A stretch of 64,000 bases of DNA from Candidatus Competibacteraceae bacterium (GCA_049288935.1 JBAQIQ010000079.1:4339-68338), one strand, 5' to 3'. Positions 25,780 to 38,300 are shown, counted from the stretch's first letter. The notes: generated by a model not told the origin, from the letters alone. A program made the numbers and translations.

Positions 25780-27069
25780 ATGACCTCTGCAAACTGCCCC
25801 GCTCTCCTGCTCAGCGCCCCAGCCTCCGGCCAGGGAAAAACGACCGTTATGGCTGGCCTGGCCCGCTATCACCGCAACCAGGGCCGTAACGTGCGGGTAT
25901 TCAAAACCGGCCCGGACTTTCTCGACCCGATGATTCTGGAGCGTGCTTCCGGCCAGCCGGTCTATCAACTCGACCTGTGGATGGTCGGCGAACGCGACTG
26001 TCAAGCCCTGCTCCATCAGGCTGCGCGGGAAGCGGACTTGATCCTGATTGAAGGCGTCATGGGCCTGTTCGATGGAACGCCCTCCAGCGCCGATCTCGCT
26101 ACCCAGTTTGACGTCCCGGTGCTGGCGCTGATCAACGCCCACGCCATGGCCCAGACCTTCGGCGCAGTGGCTCACGGCTTGGCGCATTATCGCCCCAGCC
26201 TGCCTTTCGCCGGAGTGCTGGCAAACCGGGTCGCAGGGCCGGGCCACGCCGAACTGCTGGCCGAAAGCCTGCCACCCACTCTTCGCTATTTCGGCTGGCT
26301 GCCGCGTGACAGTGAAATCACCCTGCCCGACCGGCACCTCGGTCTAGTGCAGGCGGCGGAAATTGCCGATTTGGAGAAACGGCTGGATGCGATCGCAGCC
26401 CGTATCGCCCAAACGGGCCTGGCTGAATTGCCGCCGCCCGTCACTTTCCCCACCGTCACGTTAAAACCACCCCCACCACGGCTCAAAGGCGTGCGCATTG
26501 GGATCGCCCGCGACCTGGCGTTTGCATTTCTCTACCCGGCCAACCTGGACACGCTGCGGGCGCTGGGTGCGGAATTAACGTTCTTTTCGCCGCTGACCGA
26601 CGCCGAATTACCGGAAGTGGATGCGATTTATCTGCCCGGCGGCTACCCGGAACTGCACCTGGATACGTTGGCCAGCAATCAAACCCTGCAAACGGCCTTA
26701 CGTCAGCATCATGCAGCGGGCAAACCGATTTACGCGGAATGCGGTGGCCTGCTGTATACGCTGGAATCATTGGCGGACCAAACGGGTTATCGGGCGCCGA
26801 TGCTCGGCTTATTGCCCGGCCATGCCACGCTGCAATCCAGACTGGTCGGACTGGGTATGCAATCGGTAGAGTTACCGGAAGGTGAGTTACGCGGGCATAC
26901 CTTTCATCACTCGAAGCTGGAAACCCCGCTAACCCCTCTGGCTTATGGTCGCCGCCAACGGAAGGGCCAACCCGGTGAGGCGGTGTATCGAGTCGGACGG
27001 CTGACGGCTTCGTATCTGCATTTATATTTCGCCAGCCATCCTGAAGCGGCAGCGCAATTGTTCACTTAA
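25780..27069 (+). CDS. cbiA: cobyrinate a,c-diamide synthase
   Basis: LLLSAPASGQGKTTVMAGLA, FKTGPDFLDP, and a C-terminal glutamine amidotransferase domain with YAECGGLLY. The start is set at the ATG at 25780; the upstream part of the track ORF overlaps the cbiD 5' end. Confidence 0.85.
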   Translation: MTSANCPALLLSAPASGQGKTTVMAGLARYHRNQGRNVRVFKTGPDFLDPMILERASGQPVYQLDLWMVGERDCQALLHQAAREADLILIEGVMGLFDGTPSSADLATQFDVPVLALINAHAMAQTFGAVAHGLAHYRPSLPFAGVLANRVAGPGHAELLAESLPPTLRYFGWLPRDSEITLPDRHLGLVQAAEIADLEKRLDAIAARIAQTGLAELPPPVTFPTVTLKPPPPRLKGVRIGIARDLAFAFLYPANLDTLRALGAELTFFSPLTDAELPEVDAIYLPGGYPELHLDTLASNQTLQTALRQHHAAGKPIYAECGGLLYTLESLADQTGYRAPMLGLLPGHATLQSRLVGLGMQSVELPEGELRGHTFHHSKLETPLTPLAYGRRQRKGQPGEAVYRVGRLTASYLHLYFASHPEAAAQLFT

Positions 27070-27071
27070 AT

Positions 27072-29129
27072 TCAGACCGCATCAAACCGGTCAAACGTCA
27101 TTGTGAACTGGCCGCGTCCGCGAGTCATGCCGCGCAGGTCGGTGATATAGCCAAGCAGCCGATCCAAAGCGCAATCGCAGTGAATCACGGTCATCTCGCC
27201 CAGAGTGGTCGTATCCCGAATGACCGCCCGACGGGATTGCAAATCACCCATCACCGTTCCGACATCGCTGTCGGGAACCACCACCTCGGTCATCATGATC
27301 GGATGCAGAACTAAACCGCCCGCCCGCAACAGCGCCTTGCGCGCCGCCTCGGCTACGACAATGCGCAGCGCCTGCGGACTGGATAGGGTGTTGAACAACT
27401 CCACCGCCAACACCCGCAAGGTCAAATCCTGTAAAGGCGCACCTGTTGCCGGGCCAGTCGTCAACACATCCCCGGCTCCACCCGCAACGGCCTCTCGCTG
27501 CGACTGAGACAGATCAACCCCGGTCGGGCGTACCTGCGGCTCCGCCAACACGGTGACCCCGGCTCCACGCCGCAACGGCTCGACCGCCACCTTCGCCCAG
27601 GCTTTCATCTCCAGCTTTTTACCATCGGGCAGCTCGATCACTCGATAAAACAGGTGATCCGCTTCCGCCGTCCGCTCAATCGTTTCATGCGTCACCACAT
27701 CAGGCTGGCCAACCCGGATATGGACATTAAATTCCCGCCGCAACCGTTCCCCGGCAATCTGCAAATGCAGTTCACCCATGCCGCGCAACACCCGCTGCCC
27801 AGTTTCTGCGTCCTCTTCGACCCGCAGGGTCGGGTCTTCCTGCTGCAACTTGTCCAGCGCCTCCAGCAATTTCGCCTCATCACTGCTGGACTGCGGCTCA
27901 ATCGCCAATCCTAACACCGGCTCACGGGTTTCAATTCGCTCCAGCCATAGCGGATGACCGGGCGCACATAAGGTGTCGCCCGTCGTCGCCTGACGCAGCC
28001 CGGCGATGAGGACAATCTGCCCGGCCGTGGCTTCCTCCAGCCGGGTCCGGTGATGAGCATCGACCTCGAACAATCGGGCGACCCGCTCCTGACGCAGGCT
28101 GCCTTGTGGGCCGGGAATCGTCACCTCGTCACCGGGTTTCAGTACGCCGCGATAAAGCCGAGCAAAGACATGGCGGCGGCCTTCCCACAGTTGCACCTTG
28201 AACGCCAGCGCTGCCAAAGGTCCATCGGTGGTCATCGCCACAGTTTCCTCGCCGCCATCCGGTCGCTGCGCCCGACTCGGCGGACGCTCGGTCGGTGACG
28301 GCAGCAGCCGGATCACGCTATCCATGACCGGTTGCACACCCTGATTGCGCAGGGCGCTGCCAGCGAAACAGGGATACACCTTGCCCGCCAGGGTCGCTTG
28401 GCGCAGCGCCGCCCAAACCGTGGCCGGTTCCGGCTCCTCCCCGGCCAACACCACGTCCGCCAGCGCCTCATCCATTTCCGCCGCCGCCAGCAACAAGCTC
28501 TCCCGCCAAGGCCGCACCTGCTCCCAGATCGCCCCGTCGCAGGGCGCAATGTCCACCTGCTCACCCCGTTCGCCGGTAAAACGCAGCCGGGTTTTGTCGA
28601 TCAAGTGAATCACCGTTCCGTCATAGGCAGGCAACGGCGCGGTGACCGCGACCGGTTCCACACCCAATCGGCCTTGAACGGTCGTCAATGCTCGCCCGAA
28701 ATCGGCGCCGGGCCGATCCAGCTTGTTAATAAAAAACAGCGCTGGCAACTGAAATCGGGTGCGTTGCCGCCAGACTGTTTCCGTCTGCGGCTCCACGCCC
28801 CGCACCCCATCGAGCACGATGATGCAGCCGTCCAGCACCCGCATGGAACGCTCGACCTCGATGGTGAAATCGACATGGCCAGGGGTATCAATGAGTTGAA
28901 TCAGATGCTCTCGCCAAGGCAACCGGGTCACTGCGGCGGTGATGGTGATACCATGCTGCTGCTCTTCGACCATATAATCCATGTGGGCCGCACCCTCATG
29001 GACTTCGCCGATTTTGTGGGACACACCGGCGTAATACAGCATCCGTTCGGTCAGTGTGGTCTTGCCAGCATCGATGTGCGCGGCAATGCCAATATTGCGC
29101 ACTCGCGCCAGGTCCGGGGCCTTGGCCAT
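27072..29129 (-). CDS. elongation factor G paralog (EF-G2-type translational GTPase)
   Basis: RNIGIAAHIDAGKTTLTERMLYY (G1), GITI (G2), DTPGHVDF (G3), NKLD (G4). 685 aa with the EF-G domain II-V pattern. It is not located in the str operon context. Confidence 0.8.
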   Translation of the reverse strand: MAKAPDLARVRNIGIAAHIDAGKTTLTERMLYYAGVSHKIGEVHEGAAHMDYMVEEQQHGITITAAVTRLPWREHLIQLIDTPGHVDFTIEVERSMRVLDGCIIVLDGVRGVEPQTETVWRQRTRFQLPALFFINKLDRPGADFGRALTTVQGRLGVEPVAVTAPLPAYDGTVIHLIDKTRLRFTGERGEQVDIAPCDGAIWEQVRPWRESLLLAAAEMDEALADVVLAGEEPEPATVWAALRQATLAGKVYPCFAGSALRNQGVQPVMDSVIRLLPSPTERPPSRAQRPDGGEETVAMTTDGPLAALAFKVQLWEGRRHVFARLYRGVLKPGDEVTIPGPQGSLRQERVARLFEVDAHHRTRLEEATAGQIVLIAGLRQATTGDTLCAPGHPLWLERIETREPVLGLAIEPQSSSDEAKLLEALDKLQQEDPTLRVEEDAETGQRVLRGMGELHLQIAGERLRREFNVHIRVGQPDVVTHETIERTAEADHLFYRVIELPDGKKLEMKAWAKVAVEPLRRGAGVTVLAEPQVRPTGVDLSQSQREAVAGGAGDVLTTGPATGAPLQDLTLRVLAVELFNTLSSPQALRIVVAEAARKALLRAGGLVLHPIMMTEVVVPDSDVGTVMGDLQSRRAVIRDTTTLGEMTVIHCDCALDRLLGYITDLRGMTRGRGQFTMTFDRFDAV

Positions 29130-29141
29130 GGAAATTCTCGC

Positions 29142-30482
29142 TTAAAAAATCCGCCGACACTCCAGATAAAACCGCTTTTCATCCGCTTCGCCCATGGAGA
29201 AGGTTTTACGTGGCAACGCGCCATCACGGATCACCGTGCGGAAGAAGTCGTTCTTATCCAGGGTGGGCAGATAAAAACCGAGGTTGCCGGGTTGCGCGCT
29301 GAGTCGCTCCAAGGCGTCTTCACCGTGGATGTAATCGATTCGGGCGTCGGGTTGTTGCGTCAGGTAGTCATCCAGAAACGCCTGCAAGCTGGCGACGGGC
29401 AAGGTCAGGCGCGGTCGATCGAAGCTCAACACACCATGACGACCACTGCTGGTAAAGGCGATGACGTGCCGGCCGGGATCTTGCGTGGTCTGCCAGGCCT
29501 GACGCGCCAGCGGCCATGAGGGGTAATCCTGCACCGTCACCGCTGAACCCTGCGCCAGGCAGAACGCCGTTAACCCGGCCAGCAGATGATCCGGGGCAAC
29601 GCCAAACACCACTCGATGAATGGCTTCAAACACCAACCCTTCGTCGTGTAAATTGACCAACTCCACCAACGCATGGCGAGCGGGATGGTCCATAATCGCG
29701 GTAGGATTGGGTGCAGCGCGCTTGAGATTTTCCCAGAGAATCTTGGCCGTGGCGAAAGAATGGTTGCCATCGCCCATGGCGTACAACAACACCGGTTCAT
29801 TCGTGACGCCATACCGGGCACTGAACGCCGCCGGGTCCGCCAATCGGCTCAACTGCTCCACAACCCACTGGATCAATAACGGATGATCCAACCGCCTGCC
29901 GCACACTCGTCCGCTGTCCAACATCAGCGGCGCATCATACAGCGGCTCCAGCGGCTCAGCGAACAGGGGATCAATGACCATGTGCTGCGAATCATCAATC
30001 AGCACCATAACATGCGGCAATTCCAGCGGCGCTTGTTCACGCACCCGAACTCTGGGTGGCAATCGCTCCATGATCGTGCCTTCCGTCGGTCGAATCAGGG
30101 TTTTCGCACCGGGGTTGAAGTCGTAATGCTCCAAATCCAGGGCCGCGACCAATCCCCGCCGGGTACGGCCTCGCACCGTCTCCCGCTCCACCAGCGCCAG
30201 TCCTGGCGGCTGCGGTGTCAGCACCCCCTCGGTCAAATAACGCTGCATGGTCTCATGAATAGCGGCGATGCGTTGCGCCTCGTCCGTTGCGCCCAGATCA
30301 ACTTCCGGCAAGATGAGTCGCAAGGTCGAGGGGGCATCGCCAACCAACGCTTCCACCCGCGCCCAATAATCCGGCTGCGAAGTGTACTGATCGCAGGCTA
30401 CCACTGCCCATTTCGTCAGGTCCGTGCTGGTTCGAGGCAGCAACAGCGTCGGAACCTGTAACCCTATTTGCGTGAAATTCAT
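29142..30482 (-). CDS. DUF1015-like protein
   Basis: 446 aa. The layout and the GDGNHSFATAK segment resemble the (A)DGHHR-containing core I associate with DUF1015. Recognised from memory only. Its stop is 12 nt upstream of the EF-G paralog start. Confidence 0.45.
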   Translation of the reverse strand: MNFTQIGLQVPTLLLPRTSTDLTKWAVVACDQYTSQPDYWARVEALVGDAPSTLRLILPEVDLGATDEAQRIAAIHETMQRYLTEGVLTPQPPGLALVERETVRGRTRRGLVAALDLEHYDFNPGAKTLIRPTEGTIMERLPPRVRVREQAPLELPHVMVLIDDSQHMVIDPLFAEPLEPLYDAPLMLDSGRVCGRRLDHPLLIQWVVEQLSRLADPAAFSARYGVTNEPVLLYAMGDGNHSFATAKILWENLKRAAPNPTAIMDHPARHALVELVNLHDEGLVFEAIHRVVFGVAPDHLLAGLTAFCLAQGSAVTVQDYPSWPLARQAWQTTQDPGRHVIAFTSSGRHGVLSFDRPRLTLPVASLQAFLDDYLTQQPDARIDYIHGEDALERLSAQPGNLGFYLPTLDKNDFFRTVIRDGALPRKTFSMGEADEKRFYLECRRIF

Positions 30483-30640
30483 GAACGGCGCGACTCCTGG
30501 TGATGGGCGGTAAGCCTAGCATTTGGCAACTTTGCACAAGCTTAACAAATGGCCCGCCCTGAACAAACGACCTTGAGCAAGGTTCCTTGTCGCGGAGTAT
30601 CATGACCGCTATTCAGAATAGACTCCGAGGATGCTCATCC

Positions 30641-31951
30641 ATGCGTAAACTGAAGACTCTCCTGATAACCCTCATCGTCGTTCTGGTGCTGATCACTGGC
30701 GGCGTTTGGGGTTATCTGTGGTACAGCACCCAACAGCAGGTTGAACAAATCGTTGCCGCTGCCAAACCCTTTGCGGAAATCAGTTACGACGGGATTGAAG
30801 TCCTGCCCACCGGTTCGACCGGCGTCAAGCAAATCAAGATCATTCCTCACTTCGTCAATGACGTCATTTCCATCGGCGCCATTCGCCTCAACGCGCCCAA
30901 TATCCTGGCCCTGCTCAACATCCGCTGGCAACTCAGCCAAGGCCAGCTTCCCGGCGCCATGTCGCTCTCCATTCACCAACTCGATTTACCTCTGCACGGC
31001 GATATTGTCGGCGCCAAGCCACTGCCCCCACATCAACGGTCGCCGTTCGATGATCTGGGAACCCTGGGTTGCGGGGCGGTCAGTCGTTTCAGCGGGAACG
31101 AATGGCAGGAGATGGGTTACGACCGCTTCGTCGGCAATATGAAAGTCGGCTATCGTCTCGACGCCAACCAAATGAATGTGTACGTTAACAGCAACACGCG
31201 GGACTGGGCGACACTCAACCTGGACATGGGTTTTGCCCTGACCTCGCCCCTCACGTCCATGACCGACCTGGCTACATCACTGACGCCTAAATTGGCAAGC
31301 CTGCGCGCCATTCTCCAGGACGACGGTTATAACACTCGCCGCAACAACTATTGCGCGATCAAGGCTGGCAAACCGATTAACGAATATATCGCTGAACATG
31401 TGCGGCTGTTAGTGGAGCGTCTGCGCACCAACGGCATCAACCCAGGGCCGGGACTGATAGCCGCCTATCAGCGTTATCTGACCGAGGGTGAGCAAATCAC
31501 CGTGACTGCCCAACCTCCCATCCCTATCGACCCTGCCGAATTACCGCTCTACACAGCAGAAGATGTGGTCAAGCTAGCCGGCTTGACCGTCAAGGTGAAC
31601 GATCAGGTGGTCAATGATCTCAGCGTGGAGTGGGATACCGCCCGGGTCACCAAAGCGCTGGGCATCGGTGAACAACGGACGCTAGCCGAGGAAGCAGCAC
31701 AAGAAACCGTTGCGCCGGTACTACCGAAGCCCCCCGTCATCAAGCAGTCCTTCCACCCGGTTGCAGTCGGCGCCCTCAGTCAACATATCGGCAAAATCGC
31801 CAAATTGCAGACCCGCGCCGGCGCCAGCTATCGAGGAAAATTGGAAACTATTGCAGAAGGCATGGTCAGAATCACGATCCGTAAAAGCAGTGGCACCGCA
31901 ACCCTGAATTTGCGCAGTGAAGAAATCACCGAGGCGCAGGTGCTTTACTAA
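30641..31951 (+). CDS. hypothetical N-terminally membrane-anchored protein
   Basis: MRKLKTLLITLIVVLVLITGGVWGYLWY anchor followed by a ~410-aa soluble region with no motif I recognise. A GAGGA lies 9 nt upstream of the ATG at 30641. Confidence 0.55.
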   Translation: MRKLKTLLITLIVVLVLITGGVWGYLWYSTQQQVEQIVAAAKPFAEISYDGIEVLPTGSTGVKQIKIIPHFVNDVISIGAIRLNAPNILALLNIRWQLSQGQLPGAMSLSIHQLDLPLHGDIVGAKPLPPHQRSPFDDLGTLGCGAVSRFSGNEWQEMGYDRFVGNMKVGYRLDANQMNVYVNSNTRDWATLNLDMGFALTSPLTSMTDLATSLTPKLASLRAILQDDGYNTRRNNYCAIKAGKPINEYIAEHVRLLVERLRTNGINPGPGLIAAYQRYLTEGEQITVTAQPPIPIDPAELPLYTAEDVVKLAGLTVKVNDQVVNDLSVEWDTARVTKALGIGEQRTLAEEAAQETVAPVLPKPPVIKQSFHPVAVGALSQHIGKIAKLQTRAGASYRGKLETIAEGMVRITIRKSSGTATLNLRSEEITEAQVLY

Positions 31952-31985
31952 ACTGGCAGGGCGCGACAACGACGCGACTCGGCAC

Positions 31986-34494
<2,509 letters not shown>

Positions 34495-34545
34495 GGAGGT
34501 AAAATCATGGGGTCATGGGTGGGTCAATTTTCAATCTGATCGGCT

Positions 34546-34731
34546 TCAGCGGAAAAAATACAGCACGGCCAAACCTAGCCCCATGCTGGACAAGCCAGCC
34601 CATCGCAAAACTCGGTTCTCCAAACGAACCATCCGCTGCAAGGTTTGACGAAATGAATCAGGGCTGAGAAAGGGCAAGATGCCTTCCAGCGCCAGCATCA
34701 GGCCAAACGCCGCCAGCAGCTCATCCCACAT
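34546..34731 (-). CDS. DUF2065 small membrane protein
   Basis: MWDELLAAFGLMLALEGILPFLSPDSFRQTLQRM...LRWAGLSSMGLGLAVLYF. This is the conserved small gene found between hflC and hisZ in many proteobacteria. Confidence 0.75.
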   Translation of the reverse strand: MWDELLAAFGLMLALEGILPFLSPDSFRQTLQRMVRLENRVLRWAGLSSMGLGLAVLYFFR

Positions 34732-34787
34732 AGCGACGTCCCGTCATCGACGCAACACCGTGTCGTGATGGCGACGGATTGCAGCCA

Positions 34788-35699
34788 TCATGGCGCGGGC
34801 TTGGATTGCGGCGCTGCGCCGGGTTGCGCCTGGTTCAAGTAGCGGAAGAATTGTGAATCTGGTTGTATGACCAAGACGTCATCCCGGCTGTTGAAACTCT
34901 GCCGGTAGGCGTTCAGGCTGCGATGGAAGCTGTAGAAATCCTGATCCTTGCCATAAGCTTGCGCATAAATATCTGCAGCTTGGGCGTCGCCTTCACCGCG
35001 CTGACGCTCGGCATCACGGTAAGCCTCGGCCAAGATCACCGTACCCTGCCGGTCGGCGTCAGCACGAATCCGTTCAGCCGCTTCCCCACCGCGCGAGCGG
35101 AAATCCTTGGCCACCCGCAACCGCTCAGCCTTCATCCGGCTGAACACCGAATTGCTGACATCGGGGGGCAGGTCAATGCGCTTGATCCGCACATCAACTG
35201 CGGCGATCCCCAAGTGCGTCGCCTGTTCCCGGAGCAGGCGGCTCAGGGTTTCCATGATCTGCAGCCGATCACCTGACACCACTTCCTGAATGCTGCGTTT
35301 GCTGAACTCGCTGCGCAAGCTGTCCTTGACGATTTGATCCAACCGAACATGAGCTTGTGTCGCATCACCGCCAACCGTGGTATAGAACCGCCGCACATCC
35401 TCAATGCGCCACATAGCGAAAGAGTCGACGATTACATTCTTCTTTTCCGCCGTCAGGAACCGTTCTGGCTCAGTGTCCAAGGTTTGCAACCGCCGATCAA
35501 ACTTGCGGACATTGTTGATCAACGGCCATTTCCAGTGCAGACCCGGTTGATAGTTATCTTGGACAATCTCGCCCAACTGAAAACGGATCGCCGTCTGCGT
35601 TTCGTCCACCGTGAACAGCGACATCGCCAGCACGGCAACTAATGCGCCCAACGCACCCAGCACGGTATTGCGGGACATCGACAATGATGACCGGGCCAT
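34788..35699 (-). CDS. hflC: protease modulator HflC (SPFH/band-7)
   Basis: SPFH-domain protein with an N-terminal TM helix. Its start overlaps the hflK stop by 1 nt. Confidence 0.9.
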   Translation of the reverse strand: MARSSLSMSRNTVLGALGALVAVLAMSLFTVDETQTAIRFQLGEIVQDNYQPGLHWKWPLINNVRKFDRRLQTLDTEPERFLTAEKKNVIVDSFAMWRIEDVRRFYTTVGGDATQAHVRLDQIVKDSLRSEFSKRSIQEVVSGDRLQIMETLSRLLREQATHLGIAAVDVRIKRIDLPPDVSNSVFSRMKAERLRVAKDFRSRGGEAAERIRADADRQGTVILAEAYRDAERQRGEGDAQAADIYAQAYGKDQDFYSFHRSLNAYRQSFNSRDDVLVIQPDSQFFRYLNQAQPGAAPQSKPAP

Positions 35700-36940
35700 C
35701 AGCGCACCTCCCGATTACGATTCAAATCACGCAGGCGCGTGGCGGCTGCGCTGTCATCCGTCGATGCAGAGGCAGGCAATGCCTCCAACGAACTGTTGGC
35801 AGAACGTCCGTCGCTGGCGCCGGGCGCGGCGTCACCCGCTTTCAGCAATCGGTCGAGCGGCAGATACAGCAGATTATTGGTTCCCGTGACATCCACCAGC
35901 ACCTTGCTTACTCGTGACAGCACCGTTTCCAGCGTTTCCAGATAGAGGCGTTCGCGGGTTACTTTTGGCGCTTTACTATACGCTGCCAGCAACTGCTCAA
36001 AGCGACTGGCCTCACCCTGGGCCTGGGCAATGACCTGCTCCTTGTAGGCGGATGCTTCCTGCAACCGTCGCGCCGCCTGACCGCGCGCCCGTGGAATGAC
36101 TTCATTCGAATAAGCCTCAGCTTCATTCTTCAGTCGCTGCTCATCTTCACGCGCCTTGATGGCATCGCCGAAAGCGTCCTGCACTTCTTCTGGCGGCTGG
36201 GCGTCCTGCAAAACCACCGTGATGATTTGCAGGCCGGCCCCGTAACTGTCCAGAATGTTCTGGCTCAAGGTACGGGTATCGGCAACGATGTCGCTGCGAC
36301 CTTCGGTCAACACAAAATCCATGGTGCTTTTGCCGATAGTTTCACGGGTCGCACTCTCCACCACCTGCACCAGCACGCTTTCCGCATCCTGTACACTGAA
36401 CAGATAGGCGCGGGGGTCCTTGATCTGGTATTGCACTGCCAGCCGGACATCCACAATGTTCTCATCCTGGGTCAGCATTAAGGCTTCCTTCGGCACCGAG
36501 CGAATCGCCGGCTGCCGACCACCGCCAGCTCCCGAACGGTAACCGATTTCACGGAAACGGCGTTGCTCAACGTTCACAACTTCCACCCGATCAATGGGAA
36601 AGATACGTAAATGCGGGCCGGGCAATGTGGTTTCCAGGTAACGGCCGAACCTCAATACGACCCCGCGCTCGCCTTCATTCACAATGTAGATACTGGCAAT
36701 CAGCCAGCCAATCACCGCAATGATCCCGATCACCAGACCGATGCCAGCAATCCCGGAGCCAGAAGCCCCACCGCCGCCACTACTGCTGCCACCGCCGCCG
36801 CCACCACGTCGTCCCCCCAGCAGACTGTTGAAGCGGTCGGACAACTTGCGAACAACTTCATCCAGATCAGGCGGTCCCTGATCGCGACCGCCTCCGCTCC
36901 AGGGATCGCGGTTACCGCCTCCCGGTTCATTCCAGGCCAT
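35699..36940 (-). CDS. hflK: FtsH protease modulator HflK (SPFH/band-7)
   Basis: MAWNEPGGGNRDPWSGGGRDQGPPDLDEV... Gly-rich N-terminus, a TM helix and an SPFH domain. The start at 36940 has a GAGG 6 nt upstream; the track ORF extends to 36973. Confidence 0.9.
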   Translation of the reverse strand: MAWNEPGGGNRDPWSGGGRDQGPPDLDEVVRKLSDRFNSLLGGRRGGGGGGSSSGGGGASGSGIAGIGLVIGIIAVIGWLIASIYIVNEGERGVVLRFGRYLETTLPGPHLRIFPIDRVEVVNVEQRRFREIGYRSGAGGGRQPAIRSVPKEALMLTQDENIVDVRLAVQYQIKDPRAYLFSVQDAESVLVQVVESATRETIGKSTMDFVLTEGRSDIVADTRTLSQNILDSYGAGLQIITVVLQDAQPPEEVQDAFGDAIKAREDEQRLKNEAEAYSNEVIPRARGQAARRLQEASAYKEQVIAQAQGEASRFEQLLAAYSKAPKVTRERLYLETLETVLSRVSKVLVDVTGTNNLLYLPLDRLLKAGDAAPGASDGRSANSSLEALPASASTDDSAAATRLRDLNRNREVR

Positions 36941-36969
36941 GTCGTACCTCAAAGTTCGTGTCATACGTT

Positions 36970-38271
36970 TCAAATCACCGGGGCTTCAAATCCCGAACGC
37001 ACCCATTCCGCCTGCAGGCCATCCCGGCGACAAAGTAGATCCATATTGCCGCGCGAGGTGCGCACTTCGATCAGCGATTCACCAGCGGGACCCGTTTGCT
37101 CGGCCACCACTGCGCCCAAATGAAACAGGCGAGCGCGCAAACGAGCTGCTGATGGTGGCAAACAGAGCCAACCCTGCACTATCCCGCCACGCAACCGTTC
37201 AGCAAGCGCTGTTGACAGCAAATCCAGCCCTGCACCAGTCGCCGCTGACAACCAGACGGCCCGCGCTTCGCCATCATTGGCTCGTTCCAACCGGGGCGCT
37301 TCGCCGCTCAGGTCAATCTTATTGAACACCTGCAACTGCGGAACATCCCCGGCGCCGATTTCCGCCAGCACCGCTTCAACCTGGGCGATGACGCCATCGC
37401 GATCAGGATGGTGGGCATCGATCACATGCAGCAACAGGTTCGCTTCGCAGGTCTCCTGCAAGGTTGCACGAAACGCCGCCACCAACTCATGGGGCAAACG
37501 GCTGATAAACCCCACGGTATCCGCCAGAATCACCGGCTCCGCGCCCAGCAACTCCAGACGCCGGAGGGTCGGGTCCAGGGTCGCGAACAATTGATCCGCC
37601 GCATAAACCTGGGCTTGGGTCAAGGCGTTGAACAGGGTAGATTTACCAGCGTTCGTGTAACCGACCAGTGAAACGGTAGGCAGGTCCGCTTTCCGTCGCG
37701 CTTTCCGCCCTTGTTCGCGCTGTCGCTCAACCCGGGCCAAGCGCAAGCGAATCTGCCGGATTCGGTCGGCCAGCAATCGTCGATCGGTTTCCAACTGTGT
37801 TTCGCCGGGACCACGCAGGCCGATGCCGCCGCGTTGCCGCTCCAGGTGAGTCCAGCCGCGCACCAACCGGGTAGACAAATGACGTAACTGCGCCAGTTCC
37901 ACTTGAAGTTTACCTTCAAAACTGCGCGCACGCTGCGCGAAGATGTCCAGAATCAATCCGGTGCGATCCACGACCCGGCATTGCAGAAACGCTTCCAAAT
38001 TGCGCTCCTGACTCGGCGACAATGTGTGGTCGAAAATGACCAATTGGGCTCCGCCCTGCTGTGCCGCCGCCCGAATCTCCTCAGCTTTGCCGCTGCCGAC
38101 GAACAAGCGCGGGTCCGGCGCAGACCGACTCCCGGTGATCAACGCGATACATTCAGCGCCTGCCGAAGCCGTCAACTCCCGGAATTCAGTGAAATCCGGG
38201 TCTTCTGCGGCTCGATTCAGCGTCAGATGCACCAGAACAGCGCGCTCCCCCCCCTGCGGACGCTCGAACAA
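36970..38271 (-). CDS. hflX: ribosome-associated GTPase HflX
   Basis: VSLVGYTNAGKSTLFNALT, DTVGFI, NKID. 433 aa, downstream of hfq. Confidence 0.95.
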   Translation of the reverse strand: MFERPQGGERAVLVHLTLNRAAEDPDFTEFRELTASAGAECIALITGSRSAPDPRLFVGSGKAEEIRAAAQQGGAQLVIFDHTLSPSQERNLEAFLQCRVVDRTGLILDIFAQRARSFEGKLQVELAQLRHLSTRLVRGWTHLERQRGGIGLRGPGETQLETDRRLLADRIRQIRLRLARVERQREQGRKARRKADLPTVSLVGYTNAGKSTLFNALTQAQVYAADQLFATLDPTLRRLELLGAEPVILADTVGFISRLPHELVAAFRATLQETCEANLLLHVIDAHHPDRDGVIAQVEAVLAEIGAGDVPQLQVFNKIDLSGEAPRLERANDGEARAVWLSAATGAGLDLLSTALAERLRGGIVQGWLCLPPSAARLRARLFHLGAVVAEQTGPAGESLIEVRTSRGNMDLLCRRDGLQAEWVRSGFEAPVI

Positions 38272-38300
38272 ACCACCCTCCGCGTTCCAGGCCCCGATAG

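Noticed and set aside
28332-29519. A 395-aa plus-strand ORF spanning the EF-G paralog / DUF1015 junction. Similar long shadow ORFs occur at 48846-49883 (+), 43671-44420 (-), 18024-18797 (-), 7123-7758 (-), 51459-52136 (-) and 62741-63436 (-).
   Set aside because: Each lies antisense to, or out of frame with, a gene that has unmistakable family motifs (EF-G, dcd, gcvR, PatB, cpdA, metG, ADH). Their translations are Arg/Gly/Pro/Ala-rich with no motifs. This is the expected stop-codon-poor shadow of GC-rich coding DNA.
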